Position numbers and translations under genes: made by a program. Source: Pelomyxa schiedti (taxonomy: Eukaryota > Protista > Evosea). From it: 64,000 nt of DNA. The DNA lies in NCBI GenBank assembly GCA_020536535.1, contig JAHLWZ010000173.1, positions 1-64,000 on the forward strand, given 5' to 3'. Under the pieces are notes generated by a model. It did no database searches. It was not told the origin of the DNA and saw nothing but the letters and a program-made list of their open reading frames with translations. This document shows, in pieces, positions 22,885 through 36,062 of this stretch. The first letter of the stretch is position 1; each line of letters begins with the position of its first letter.

Positions 22885-24747
22885 TCACAAGTTCTTCCTC
22901 CTAAGAAAGTGTCTGCGTCTTGTGTTTGATGCAATGACAGAATCAAAGCTCTCTCTGATAATGGGTGAGGACGCAGCAGCCGGTGAGAGAATGTCTTCAT
23001 TAGCGGAGTTATTTGAACTTGTTGATGTTGTTGCGGTTGTGGTCTGCATGATGTGCAATGATTCGGCCAGAATTCCAGCACTTCCGGCGGCACTTATCAC
23101 TTCAGAATAGCCCAGCGGTTCGTTAGTGTCTGGTTGTTCGGTTCCATTAGGCTCCGGAACGTAAAACATGGTGCGCCAGTGGCTGGCTGGTTGACCGCGG
23201 GAATGCAGATACAGAAATTTTTTCTGCCCGAAAAGAAATGAGAATGTGGAGAAGTGGATAGGAAATATTACAATTTGTAGTGAGTAGTCCACGCAAAAGG
23301 TCAATTCGTGGTCTTCAATGTAAATTTGCTGTATTGCTTCCTATAGACCTAGTTTGGTTTCCAACTACCTCTTTCAGAAGGGTTACGCACATCCTTTATA
23401 ATCCAGTGTTGGGTTGGTGCAGATATATTGAGTGGGGTAGCAGTAATGAGTTGCTGTGCTGTAAGTGGGTTGAGAGGAGAGACGTCCAGAGCGAGTTTGG
23501 TTCCAACATTCACAATGCACAACTGCGTGCCTTCAAGTGCCCCCCTGTCAATCAGCTTATTCCAGGTAGCCTCCTTTTTTAAAAAAAATTCATATGAACG
23601 ATACATACTTGATAATGGAAGCGGGGGCAGGGTGTTTGAAGAACCAAAGTTGTGCCGTGTCACCTGAATATGGAGCCAATTCCAGTTCTCCAGTCAGTTC
23701 TTCCAACAAATTAGCTCGCAATAAGAGAAATATTTGATACCAGAAACTTGTATAACATACTCTTCAGTGCTAGTTGAGAATGCAGAGGACTTAAAGTATA
23801 CCCACGAAGTTTCTTCATCGTTCTATGTTACAATTACTTCAAGGTACATGACGTTATAGTTATAAGGTGTCGACCAGTAGCGTGTCATCAAAGGGATTTG
23901 AATGTTCAAGCTGATTCAAGAGTTCGTCCATCGTGCAGTTAGCTGTGATTCGCGCATAGCAGTGAACTGACAGTAGCTGGGGAACATTTCCTAAATAGCT
24001 ACATGAGTATTATGGTACTAAAGGGAAAACATGCCAGTTTCAAGGTTTTTTGTCTGTGAAGTACTCAAAGGAAAACGATGTCTTAAGCACTCACAAAATG
24101 TTTTGTAGCTGATGCCGAATTTGTCACTGCCAAATATGTTCCAAAAATTGAGAGCTTCCTTACAAAGGTTAGACTTTGGTAAGAGGTTGGATTGAGTGCT
24201 TGCCTTATTGGTTATAACATTAGCAGGGGAGAAACTCTTTGCCCGTGTGAGTTTAAGTAAATCATTCATGGTTTTCATTTGTGTTTGTATTTGTGCAGTG
24301 AAACCCTGCAATTTGTCAATGACACTTTGTGGTGCCAATTCGACCTGGAGCAACGATTAACTCAGCACATGAGGTATTATGAGAGGAAGCATAAAACTGA
24401 CCCTCCTGTTGGCATCTTTTTTTTCTTGGACATACTCAAATGCCTCCAGTAAAATTTTGTGCAGTCTGTCCATACATGGAGTGATTTGCCCATCAGGGTC
24501 CTTGATACACTTACTTATCTGCTGTACAGAAAAAGTGATCTGCTCCAAATTCTTGAGTTCCTATTTCCATGTGAAACTTTCAAGTGAAAGAATGACACAA
24601 GTCTCTTGTGGCGGTGCCAAAATTACGTAAAGAAATTTCACTTACTCCCCTGATAGCCAAGTTGGCCTCCACCCACGACTTTATAGCACTCCCAATCTCA
24701 ATTGCCAAGTTGATGGCACTCACTGTAGTCTGAACAACGTCCACCAT
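22885..24747 (-). CDS. Protein with an N-terminal four-helix-bundle-like domain (Cbl-N/MLKL/HeLo-like), a Cbl-type EF-hand-like segment and a ricin-B-like region
   Basis: MVDVVQTTVSAINLAIEIGSAIKSWVEANLAIRG|ELKNLEQITF...MDRLHKILLEAFEYVQ; EALNFWNIFGSDKFGISYKTFCECL; CIVNVGTKLALDV...APTQHWIIKD. Domain names come from motif resemblance only. Confidence 0.55.
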
Positions 24748-25136
24748 TGCTTGGCAAAGACCAAAAAACGAAACGACAGAACTGCGAATTGATCAGAGAC
24801 CCACCCCTGAGGAAAACATGAGTCACAGGACGAGCCTGGCACCTACTACAGCAACGCTCACATATTTGTTTCGCCGTCGTGGTCATGGACTCACTTGCTC
24901 TTGAGAAAGTCAACTTAGCCCAGATATATAACTTAGCCGTGATTAAATTAAGGACACGGAGGTGACGCACGCGGCGACACCCCGTTTTTTCTTTTGTTGC
25001 GCGGATCTAGATCGGGGGCTGTCGTGAGATTGTTCATTTTACCCACGCGTGCGGGGGTGCGGCGTTACACCGTGTACTAGTACCACTTGCGTAGTATCAT
25101 CGCTTTGGTCAATATTTTTTTTTCTTTTTGCATCCG

Positions 25137-28100
25137 ATGCACTACGGATATGAATTTCTCCTCGGCGGCGCCGTATCTGCTTCGTCGTATTTCCGGCCTG
25201 CGTTTTCGCACTCGCCTCCAATTTCCCTTTCTTCAGTTGGGCCACACGCTCGAAACGCGCACTCACAAACAGCAACATCAACTGGCGTTTCCAATATACC
25301 CTCAAATTCTATGCCCCAACGGCAACAACAACAACAAATTCAACAGCAACAGCAACCTCAACAACAAAATCCACAACAAAATCAATCTATAACAACAGCT
25401 TCTACAACCAATTCCGCGAACTTTCCGTCACCTTTGTTGGTCCGGCCGTTGGCCACGGCTTGGAATGCCTCCTCGGCTACACAAGGGTACATACAGCAAC
25501 AACAGCAACAACAACAGCAGCAACAACAGCAACAACAACAGCAACCGCAGCAACCGGGCAATTGCACCACACCACCATTGAGCTATCATGTTAATGTGCC
25601 AACGCCATCAGCACCTGCGAATGCAGGAAGTGGGAATGATATGGGATATGCTGGGGATGTTGATGCTCTTAGGAGAATGACCCCGGCGGATGTAGCATCT
25701 CTGTACTGGGTGTTGCATGAACTTGCCTGCCAAAATATGCAAGCACTGTTGAGTCTTGATTCATTAAGCGAGAGGCAATCCCCATTTATGAACACTTTGA
25801 AGCCAACAATGTTGACGTCTATTCCTGGAACTCTGTCACAAAGTAATGGCCCTGGTGGCAATGATTCAATGGAAAATACGATGGGAGAACCAAGTGAAAC
25901 TGACAGATTTGTTGTTCTGAACAAATTGCTAGATGAAGTACCATCGTTTTTAAGAGCGATTGAACGGGATGGTTCTGTCCTAACACGAGCGGTCCAGTGG
26001 AGGATACAAGAAAAGGTAGATAACATGAAATGTATTTTTTCATTGACCACTTGATAGCAGGCTGAGAAAAACCTTGGTGCCCAACAGCTTTCTACCCTCA
26101 CTGGGGGTTGCTCCCTAATGTCAATCAACACGTTGTTTGATTTTTATGAAGTACAACAGCTCATACGCCAGCTCACTCAAACACAAATTCTTCGCCTTAC
26201 ACACCACGCTATCCCTCCATCAGTTTCCACTCACCCTCTTTCACGTGCATTCATGAAATGCATGCGAGATACCCTTACAACTATTGTTGATCAATACACC
26301 CTTGAACAGTGCCACAACGCTCTTACCACAGTCTCTCCTTTAGCACAGAGATCCACAATGTTAAAACTTATTCCCAAGTTACCACCGGAGGTAGGTTATA
26401 ATCCAGACATTTCTATGTCTCTCAATTAACCCAAAATCAGACAATACCATTGTTCCTCGAGATGTTTAGATTACCGCTACCTGAGCTAAAAAAATTGAAA
26501 GAACTCATTTGTAGATTGAAACCATCTCAACTTTCGCCGTTATACTTATTTTTGCAGGTACAGGTTCCCCGCTATCTTTTTTTTCCCTAAATTATTCAAG
26601 CTTGAAGGCGATATGGCCCTCTCTCTCAAAAAATCTGTGGCACCTGATCAATCTACGCCACCACAATCCCCCTACCAGGCATCATCAACCCCACAATTAC
26701 CCAATTCCACCATGATACCCCCGCTAAATCAAGATCCACAAACAACAGCAACACGCGCAGATGAAGATGTTTTCGTGGGAATCAGTTTCCCAGATGACCC
26801 AATATTTGGTGACTTTGATCCATCTATGAATGCATCTGCATCTAATACATTGCCACACACCCAACAAAATGGATTTAACAATCAAAACCAAGAACAACTG
26901 CACCCTGTCCAATACGCGAGCTCTCCACGGCCTGAAACACCACCTTCACGTCAAACACGTATTGATGCACAATATATTCAGGGCAATTATTTACAACAGC
27001 TTCCTAGTACTCAACCAACCCCGAATTCCCAATGTCAATCACTGCCATCTCTCCCAACACCGTTCACACCACAAAACTTTCCAATCAATTTCTCTGCTCT
27101 TTCCTTCCCATCCACAACCACAAACCGTTCCTCCTCCCCACATCTGTCAACTAATTTGCCAAATATCCCCCCTCTACTTCCTGCCTCGATTCACCTCGAG
27201 AACACCACGAATTCATATCCACCCAACCGTTCTTTTGACGGGAAACCTCAGAGTACAGCAAATCCGCCTTCATTGAACAGCAGCACACAATTACCCGACA
27301 TGGATGTACAGGTATCACAGTCTACAATTACATCTATTACGCCTTTGTCACTTGGTCCCCTAAATACTCCTGTCCATACTATATCACCTTCACCAACACT
27401 TTCACCACTCTCTCTTTCTCCCAACTCGCAACCCTCCTCCGACGGGCAAATGACGAGACGGAAGAAGAATTCAAAATGTGTGGTGCCTCACTCCCTTTGT
27501 TCCTATTTTTATGTACTAATTTTTTTTGGATAGCGTCCAAGCCCTATTCTCGGGCGGATCCTCCACCTGCACCAAGTCCCCGGGTACCCACTGAGATTCC
27601 TGCTAACCAAGACTCTCCACCATCCTTCCCAGCAGTACCACCAGTACCACCTACAACCACCTCCAGCAACACGTCACCCCTCTCGGGAACGTTATCACTA
27701 AAAATAGCAAGACAACCGCCCAACAAAACAGTGTATCAACGCATCTTGCGACCTTTTCCTTCAGTGATGCTACTTGGACCAGCGGCATCGTCTGTGACAC
27801 AGAATTTATTTATAGAGGCTACATTATGGCGATCAGATAATGATACCGAACTTCCCACGTATCTCGAGGGGACAAAAGTGGTCAAGGTTGGATGAACCTT
27901 TATTTATTGAAAGCTTATGACTGGAGACAGATCTCTACAGGAGTATTTGCTTCATTCAAAAAGCTCAAAATTTTATGTACCACGCAGCAGCAAGGAACAC
28001 AATTTTGCCTCAGATTTACTCTCAAACAGTGCGTTATGAGTGTTGTACTTGGATCAGAGCTTATTTGCATTCTAGTTTCAGTGGAAATGAATTACTGACT

Positions 28101-28582
28101 GTTAAGGATGCCACAGCACTGTCCATTCCCATCGAAGTATTCTCACATACACTCTATCTCAATGAAAGGAAAGAAGGTTGTGCCTCATTCTTTTTCCAAC
28201 CCCTTATTCAATCTTCTACAGCCAATGGACAACCAGCCGCAGCGGTAATGGAAGTTCTGCCACCCTCGGGTCCACCAGGCATCAGAGTCGTAGTTCTTGG
28301 TGATAATTTTCTAAACACACCCGCTCTCAGAGTGGCATTCAATGACACTGTAATTATCCCAACTTTCCATGAACAAGGTATACTCATTGCCCCCTACCGT
28401 CTCCATTACCCTGTTCATACTCACGTGATTCCACCACTTTTTCAGGTACACTAATATGCACAGTCCCGCGTACTGATGCATTTACCAACGGCGGTGGTGC
28501 ACCAGTTCATGTGTCAGTCCGTGTTAGTAATGATGGTCTCAGTTTTTGTGAAAGTAAAGCCACTTTCATGTATTGTAGTTGA
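25137..28582 (+). CDS. CudA-family/STAT-like DNA-binding domain + IPT/TIG transcription factor with a Gln-rich N-terminus
   Basis: LKIARQPPNKTVYQRILRPFPSVML...NLFIEATLWRSD...FKKLKILCTTQQQGTQFCLRFTLK...SIPIEVFSHTLYL. IPT domain EVLPPSGPPGIRVVVLGDNF...LRVAFND...VRVSNDG; stop TGA at 28580-28582. Confidence 0.8.
25494..25553 (+). repeat. (CAA/CAG)n coding polyglutamine tract
   Basis: About 16 consecutive Gln codons followed by PQQP. Confidence 0.9.
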
Positions 28583-28655
28583 CACTACTTCCTACACCTT
28601 TGTTGTATCAAATGGAAAAAAACAAAAAATCAATTGAATTTTGGGTTTTGTGTTA

Positions 28656-31600
28656 TTAGGCAACAAGTTTGGATTGGAAGGAATAGGATCCGCCTCCAAG
28701 GGTTTTCATTGTGCTGTGGGATTCCAGGTCGGTTGGGACATATACATAGGCAATTGTATTGTGTGGTATTGTAACGTTCATATCGAAGAGGAGGGTGGCC
28801 TCATCGAGTGTCCAGGAGCAAACGATGTCCCCGCGTATGCTGGTGTACGATGCGGAAACGTAACTGAGAGAAATGTGAGTGCGTGGTGCACGTGCTGGAT
28901 GGAATGGAAGAAGGAAGCAAAGAGAGCCCACACACCTGAGGCCCAGCGAGGGTCTTGGCGCAATCACAAGAGGGTTGAATGCTACTGAGGAAGGCAAAAG
29001 GTGTATCCCGGCAAGGGATGACATCACCCATTGGGCCACAGACCCGAACATGGGATGGTTGTGTGAGTAGGTGTTATCACTGTAGAACCAGCTTTCCTTG
29101 AAGTGAGCATTAGGAGGAGAAGGAGGAATAGGTGGGGGTTGGTTCTGAGATGCGTGTCATACCCATATCGTCGAGGCCCCTTGGTCGAGCATATACCCAA
29201 ATGAAGGGTAACTTTTTTGCTCTGCCATCTGCAGAGCGGTGGAGGTAGCACCCATGTCACTCAGAGTCAGCAGCACCCATTTTATGCCAAACATCCCACA
29301 AGCGAGATGTGCATCTTGTTTTGCAATATCCAGGAGGAGGTTGTTGTATGCAGAAGAAATGCTTCCCGTAGGTGTAATCCCCATGTACAAGGGCATGGAT
29401 TGCGCACATTGCGTCCCATTCCAGGAATTATCTTGTGCGGCATATCTTTGATATTTATTTCTCATAGAGGAGGGAATTAGATACAGGCCAAGGGTTTCAT
29501 CAAAAAACTGCGAATTGATCATGTCAGATATTTCTGTGGAGTGCACAAGAAAGTCTTCGGATTCGTCTGTTTTTTCAGTTGGTGAGAGCTGATGAGGTGA
29601 TGTTAAGTGCTACTGAGTACCATTGAAACCAAGGATTGAAGCAATCTGTGACATTGCCACCAGGTCTGCAAAAAGAATCCCCAACCCAGTCAGCTGGGTT
29701 GGACTTGGTTCTGTGATGTTGTTGGGAACCACAAATTATATTTAGGGTACCAATTGTCATCCAGTCTCCAAGACCTGATGGTAACAAAGGTTAAGGAAAA
29801 AAAAAACAGATGTAGGTTAGGTTCACACCATTTTGAACAGTATCCAAATTACTGAGCATTAATTGAATAAAGTCCTTGGCATACGGGTAGGCGAGCTGTA
29901 AAGCAAGCAGATTTCCATAGTATTGATACTGCTCCAATGCCAACTGGGGAAATACTGACTGCCAATCCACCGGCCCACTTCCATCTCCAAACCCATGGTC
30001 TGGCTTGCCGTTAAGGTATTACTCTCTAAATTAGGGCCAAACCGGCTATTCCATTATAGGGAGCACACTCAGTGAATCCACCATTTTGTCGTTGATCGTC
30101 ACTGAAATCACTCAACCTTTTGGCGTAAAATTGTGACATGTCAAATGTCAGCATCCCAGATTCACTGGTAGCAAGGAGATCTCCTCCATAACCAAATCTC
30201 TCTCGGTGTGGACAATCTTGTTAATTTCAGGTTATTGCATACATTCTCAGGAGGAAAATACCTGACTGAACAGCCATCAAATTAGATAGGAGTGTTGTTT
30301 GAAACATAGACCAAATTTGATTAAGAACTTCAGAAGAACATTCAAAAACTCCATTGGAACGGACATCAGCATGAATGACATAAGCAGAGAGCATGTCTTA
30401 AAGAAATGGTGGAATCAGTAAAGTTAGCAGTCAAGTAATTGACAAATACCAGTTGTAAGTGGAATTCCTAAAGCCGACATATCAACTTCAACATATTGAA
30501 ACCCATGCCAGGTGAAAGAAGGGAGGAAGTCAATGGCCTCTTCACTTCCATTAAGAATGTAGCTATCTGCCTCATATGAGAACTGACAAAGCACAAAGGA
30601 AAACAAACCTGTTTGATATGCAACATCAGGAGCACAGGGTCCTCCTACCCCTCTTCCCTTTATTTGACCAGCCACTGATGTCATAACATTCAAGCTCCCA
30701 TCGGAGTACAGTAATTCTCCATATCTCAGCTTGATTGATGCACCTGCAACTTAAAAAGATCTTGAGAGAATGGGACATACTAACAATCAGCTTACCTGGT
30801 TGTATCCCCTGCAAAGAAATTTGCAGTCGCACAATTCCAGCAAAATTTTTCCCCATGTTGGCAACGTAGATTGAGGTGGAACCAGGGGAGAGCCATGTAC
30901 TCACAGCCTGGAGAGGTGTGCTCTCAGCACTAATATATATGAGCATTAAGAGAAACGAAAACTGGGTGCTTTCTTCCCAATATTTTCTCTCACACAACCC
31001 ACCATTTCAAAGAGTAGGGAGCCCTCAACATACATTATCGGTGGAATTGAATTGGCCTCGAGCAATGAGAGGTCATCAAGAGCAGAGGGTGGTGCTGCTG
31101 AAGCAAGCTCCCAAGTTGTAGCGTCGAACTCGTAGTTAACCCAGTCTGGTGAGTGTAGAGTTTAATAAAGCGCGTTGGTTACAATATGAAAGAAAAAAAC
31201 CAGGCGTTTCAAGGCGTGAGTCGTAAATAACTCCCAAATAGCTGCCAAATTTTTACAAAAAGAAAAGAGTGGTTTATGCCAACATGTCATTAGCAGTGTA
31301 AGGTCCAGGGCCAACCGTCCAGCAGCTTTCTGTTTGCATGTTCTTGCATGGTGCAGTGTAGAATACTTGGGTAGAAGAACCGGTGTATTGAATTTCCAGC
31401 TGAGCTATAAGCTTAAATTTTAATTAATCATATAATACAGAAAAATGGATTCAAGATGAGAACTCTCATCTCTCACCTGGGGCCGTTCTCCAACAGCAAG
31501 ATAGTCACGTAAATTGAGGGAACCCCAAAACTGCAGTGGAAGCGGGTTGAAAAAGCCATTTCCAAGCTGCCAATTGAGTAAGAAAAAAAGAGGAAGCCTT

Positions 31601-32756
31601 TAATGCAGCAGAATACCTCAATCCCCAGAACATGCTTGGTTGCCAATGAAATTACAGTAGTTAAATCGTATGTGTCATAAAAGACTCTTTTGAAATAATT
31701 TGTCTGTGGAACATCGAGTCGTAGTGGATTAACCAGTTGTCCATCAATGAAAGCACGGTAAAAGCCAAGTCCTGAGATATACAATCGAGCTCTCTGAATG
31801 GTCTCTATCTAGTTTTAGATAGCCCAAAATAAAAAGGAACTTTACCATTGGTGGAACTGAAAGCATAACGGGCCAAAGGATTTGACCGAGAATCATAATA
31901 CCAGCAATCAGGGTGCCATAACTCAGTGTAAGGCTGAGAAATCTGTCTTTTTTTAGGAGAAATTTAAAGGGGCAACGGAAGTACACACCCACACACCTTC
32001 CCAGTCAGAGCTATCCAACAACCCCATCTCAAATTGTGCCACATCAGACTGGACCCAACATCTGCAAAGATATTCAAAACGGGGGAAGGCAAAAAAACCT
32101 CATGAAACGGACACAATACCAATGAGGAAAAAAGACTTCAAACATGCAAAAAAGAAAGAATGAAAAACAAACAAACTAAAAAAAAAGTGATCAACTACGC
32201 ATACTCTTCACCAGAAGGAATCAAACTGGGAATAACAGATACAGTCCAGTAGATTACCTCACGGGATGACAGAGCCCTACCCCCCCACACAATATGCACA
32301 CTATCTTGCGAGTACACAATCCCGGAGTCCCACGCGTCATCAGAACCAGCTGTAACCCCAGCAATTATTCTATATGCAACCTGTGTCTAAAGAAAAAAAA
32401 AAAAAAAGTAAAGAAAGTTGGAAATCACTGCTACACAAATTTGCATAGTGGGTACTATTTTTTGTAGATCTAACAACCTGGTTGAGGAGCTGAGATGCGA
32501 GTTGCCACGAGAACCTTGGAGATCTGTTCTGAATCGCCCTCACTGTGGCCACCACTGCACCGGCTCCTTCGTGGCCGTTGTGATTGTCGGCTGTGTTTGT
32601 GTAGATGGCTTCTGGGTCAGTGTATTCGACCGTGGGCCTGGTGATCCACGCAATTCCCGAATCAGGGGTACACCACTCCCCTGCCACCCGCGTGCCCCGT
32701 TCCTCCCATAACCAACAACACCACACAACGGCCAGGGCCAACGACAACCGCGACAT
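28656..32756 (-). CDS. Secreted alpha-L-rhamnosidase (GH78), multi-intron
   Basis: Signal-like N-terminus; motifs PRFSWQL, ARLYISGLGFY, FYDTYDL, NMGKNFAG, PSFTWHGFQYVEV, GLGDW, QSMPLYMG, YPSFGYMLDQGASTIW and MFGSVAQW...LAGI. Confidence 0.92.
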
Positions 32757-33092
32757 TTCGCTTCGATGCTGTTTTGACTGTTTCGGTGTAAAAAAAAAAA
32801 AACCGACGCGCCGCTTCGTGACTCAGGGCGTGCCGGGGTTCGGAACACTAACCAAGGCCTTCCCATAATGCCACATCGCATGGCTCAAGGACCTCAGTAG
32901 CTGTGTACAAGGGAAACCTCGATGGATTTGGAACCAATGGGCCCAATTTCACAGTTTTTAATAACAGCACCGTGATACTCCTGTAATTCCTCCCTTTTTA
33001 ACTCAATTTACAAACACGATAATAAAGGAAGCTGCACAAGCTAAATGAGAACCACTTTGTATTAAAAAAAACCTCAAAAACTTTTCCATTCA

Positions 33093-34115
33093 TCACATTA
33101 GCCATAAAGCCAGTATTGAGGAGATGAGCAAGAAGATCAGTGCTGGGCCTATGCGGCGGTTGAAAGATTCTCTGGGTTCAGCATAGATCATGAACCACGT
33201 CAACACAACAGGAGATGAAATAAATCCAGGTAGTGCCCCTGTGCCCCTCCAGATTCTCACGAGAAACCAACTCATAGACCAAACGCACAGTGCTCCAAAA
33301 ATGAGTTCCACAGCACCATTACAAATCTGTGAACAAAATGAGCTGGCTTCCATTCAATTTGACTCTTATTATACTACCTGTACAAGATCCCCACTCCGCA
33401 GTAAACGAAACAGCACCGTGAAATAGCAACTGCGGAAATAGTTGCAGAAAAAGCCCACCCAGTCACAAAAGAGGAAAGATCTCAAGCATTCAAGGAAATA
33501 CGCCCTCCAGTCGAAATGAACGTGGTGGTATCCTTTTTTTTTACTAGTATCTCACAGATTAGTTGCACATTTGAACCGCAAGAGCAGCTACCTATGCCTG
33601 CTCCGGAGTTAATTAAGTGGAATCGGCTCGATGATAATTACACTGTGATACATTAAAGCACTGTATATCACAAAGTTGCTTCTTGTTGTAGAGGCCCCTG
33701 TACTGGAGAACAGGCTGGAAAACTCACATAAGCTGTGGTCCACAAACACAGTTGTTCTTCAAAGTTAAGGTACGTGGTAGAGTCATTCCAAGGTAGGTCC
33801 ACTCTTTTAGATTGCCTGAAGCATAAAATCCCACTCTCGGTCACGCACTGCCAGCACCATAACCCATTGATTTGATCCCTCATGCCACATAATGAATATG
33901 AATCCATGAAGATAGCCACCAATGGAATAGTACCGGCTTTCCCAAAACCAGATGTTGTCTATATCTACCAGCACTACCAGAATATATCCCCTATAGGCAT
34001 CAGGGTACAGTGCGATGGGCTTAATAACCAACTGAATGGCATCAACACTCTGAGCATGTACCCAGCGCACAACGCTCCTTGTGCGTTTTGAAATAGAAAT
34101 AGCTCGATAGATCAT
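33093..34115 (-). CDS. Hypothetical multi-pass membrane protein (boundaries uncertain)
   Basis: Several hydrophobic exon-like ORFs, including AVELIFGALCVWSMSWFLVRIW, PVVLTWFMIY and RIGPALIFLLISSILALWLM. No family recognised. Confidence 0.45.
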
Positions 34116-34370
34116 GTGTACATATTATTCCCAAACAAAAAACAAAATTGTTTGTGTGGCCTTTTTTCGGGGGGGTTCCCACTAAAAATCAAAAAACAAA
34201 GGCACGGTAGGCAGTGCTGGCAAGATCTACGCATGCACGTCCACGTTCTTTTGGTCAGTGCTCACTTCTGTTTGTTCTTGTTTCCTACCATACCCCAGAT
34301 CTCTGCCCACATGAGCGATCGCTGGATCTCTCCAGAACATTGTGCGCATTGTTTTGATCTGTACAGGCTG

Positions 34371-34712
34371 GAGTCACTTCACTTCAATTCACTTCCGCGT
34401 GGCGTGGGGGCATAGGCGGCATCGGCATCTAGTTGAACAACTACTTCTTTCCTCTTCCCGATATTGGTTGGCATTTATTTTTGGCTGGGGCNNNNNNNNN
34501 NNNNNNNNNNNNNNNNNNNNNNNNNNNNNNNNNNNNNNNNNNNNNNNNNNNNNNNNNNNNNNNNNNNNNNNNNNNNNNNNNNNNNNNNNNNCTTTGCACC
34601 GGGCATTCCTGGTTGGTTTTAATGGCTGAGGGAGTGGTGTGAGGAGCACTTTCGCGGAGAAGGGCATGTGTTAAAGAACTGCCCTGACCTGTACTAGCCT
34701 CTTCTTTCTCCT
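34371..34712. repeat. Gapped copy of a local repeat: 34371-34491 = 35346-35466 and 34592-34712 = 35687-35807
   Basis: Both 121-bp flanks of the 100-N gap match the ends of the 462-bp segment 35346-35807 exactly. Confidence 0.85.
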
Positions 34713-35345
34713 CACCTCCCTCGCATGCTGTCTCTTTCTGGATGGATGCCCATGGGCCGTGGCCCACACCATGGGTGACTCTGAGATATGGCGCTGCTGC
34801 TATATTTTATGCTGAAAATCGTCATCGTCCCAACTTGGGGGTAACTTCACACTTTATTCACTTTCTGAAACATCATGTGGTTCGATTTGGTTGGAGTTTT
34901 TGGCGAAAATCGGGAGACCCAGGAACGATTCAGCCCCCAGCAGTAAGTAAGGCACACCCTTTTTGTTCTTGTTCCAATGAATATATTAGATTTCTTGACA
35001 CAGACAGACACTGAACTGAAAACTCTGAGACAAAGCAGCAGTTCTCCAAGACTTTCATTTTCAGAATGTAAAAGGTAAAGGACCCTTTATACCAAGGCAC
35101 TTTTCTTACTGGATTTAGAATCGAATCAATGATGGAATGCCCTATCAACCAACCCACGAATTGTCAGAGTTCTCAGTCTGGTCTGGTGGTGTTCATTCAG
35201 TCTCAAAGCAAAGCTGGGAGGATGTGCACGCACAGAGGATTCATTCAGCCACAGTAAGCCAGTCTTTTTGTTTGTTCTTTGGCAAAACTAATCATCAATC
35301 AGACCAGATATGTTATTGGACTATTTCTGTTCAAAAGAGGGTCGA

Positions 35346-35807
35346 GAGTCACTTCACTTCAATTCACTTCCGCGTGGCGTGGGGGCATAGGCGGCATCGG
35401 CATCTAGTTGAACAACTACTTCTTTCCTCTTCCCGATATTGGTTGGCATTTATTTTTGGCTGGGGCTGGCTGCAGCACTACACACAACTGTTCTGTTCTT
35501 TGTGATGAGATGGGGTCCACAGCCACGAGGCAACCGGCAGTGCCTGCATTGCTGGCATTTGGGATGGAGGCTACTAGGGCTTGTTGCTTTGCTTTGCTTT
35601 GCGTGATTTCATGCGCCTTTGAGTAACCATGGGCCATGATGGAACCAAAAAGGCAGCGCAGAGAGCCCTTCAACCCATCTATCTTGCTTTGCACCGGGCA
35701 TTCCTGGTTGGTTTTAATGGCTGAGGGAGTGGTGTGAGGAGCACTTTCGCGGAGAAGGGCATGTGTTAAAGAACTGCCCTGACCTGTACTAGCCTCTTCT
35801 TTCTCCT
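35346..35807. repeat. Full 462-bp copy of the repeat; no convincing ORF
   Basis: Exact identity with the two gap flanks; all frames are short or interrupted by stops. Confidence 0.8.
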
Positions 35808-36062
35808 AAAAGAGCTGAAACAGAAATGTATGTTTTACCACCGTTTTTATTCCGTTATTGAGACTTCTACAGTGTTCCAAGAACTGAAACTGGACCCGCT
35901 AAAGACCTTTCATTGTAATTCCCAACTCAGCGGCAGTGGAAGTCCGCTGGGGGTAGCCCATTGTGTGGCTTTTTGGAATATGTACTGCTATTGGAAATTC
36001 GGAAACAACTACCAAGTTTTTTCGGAATATTTTATTTGCTTTTGGTCTTGTGCAACTCTCCC

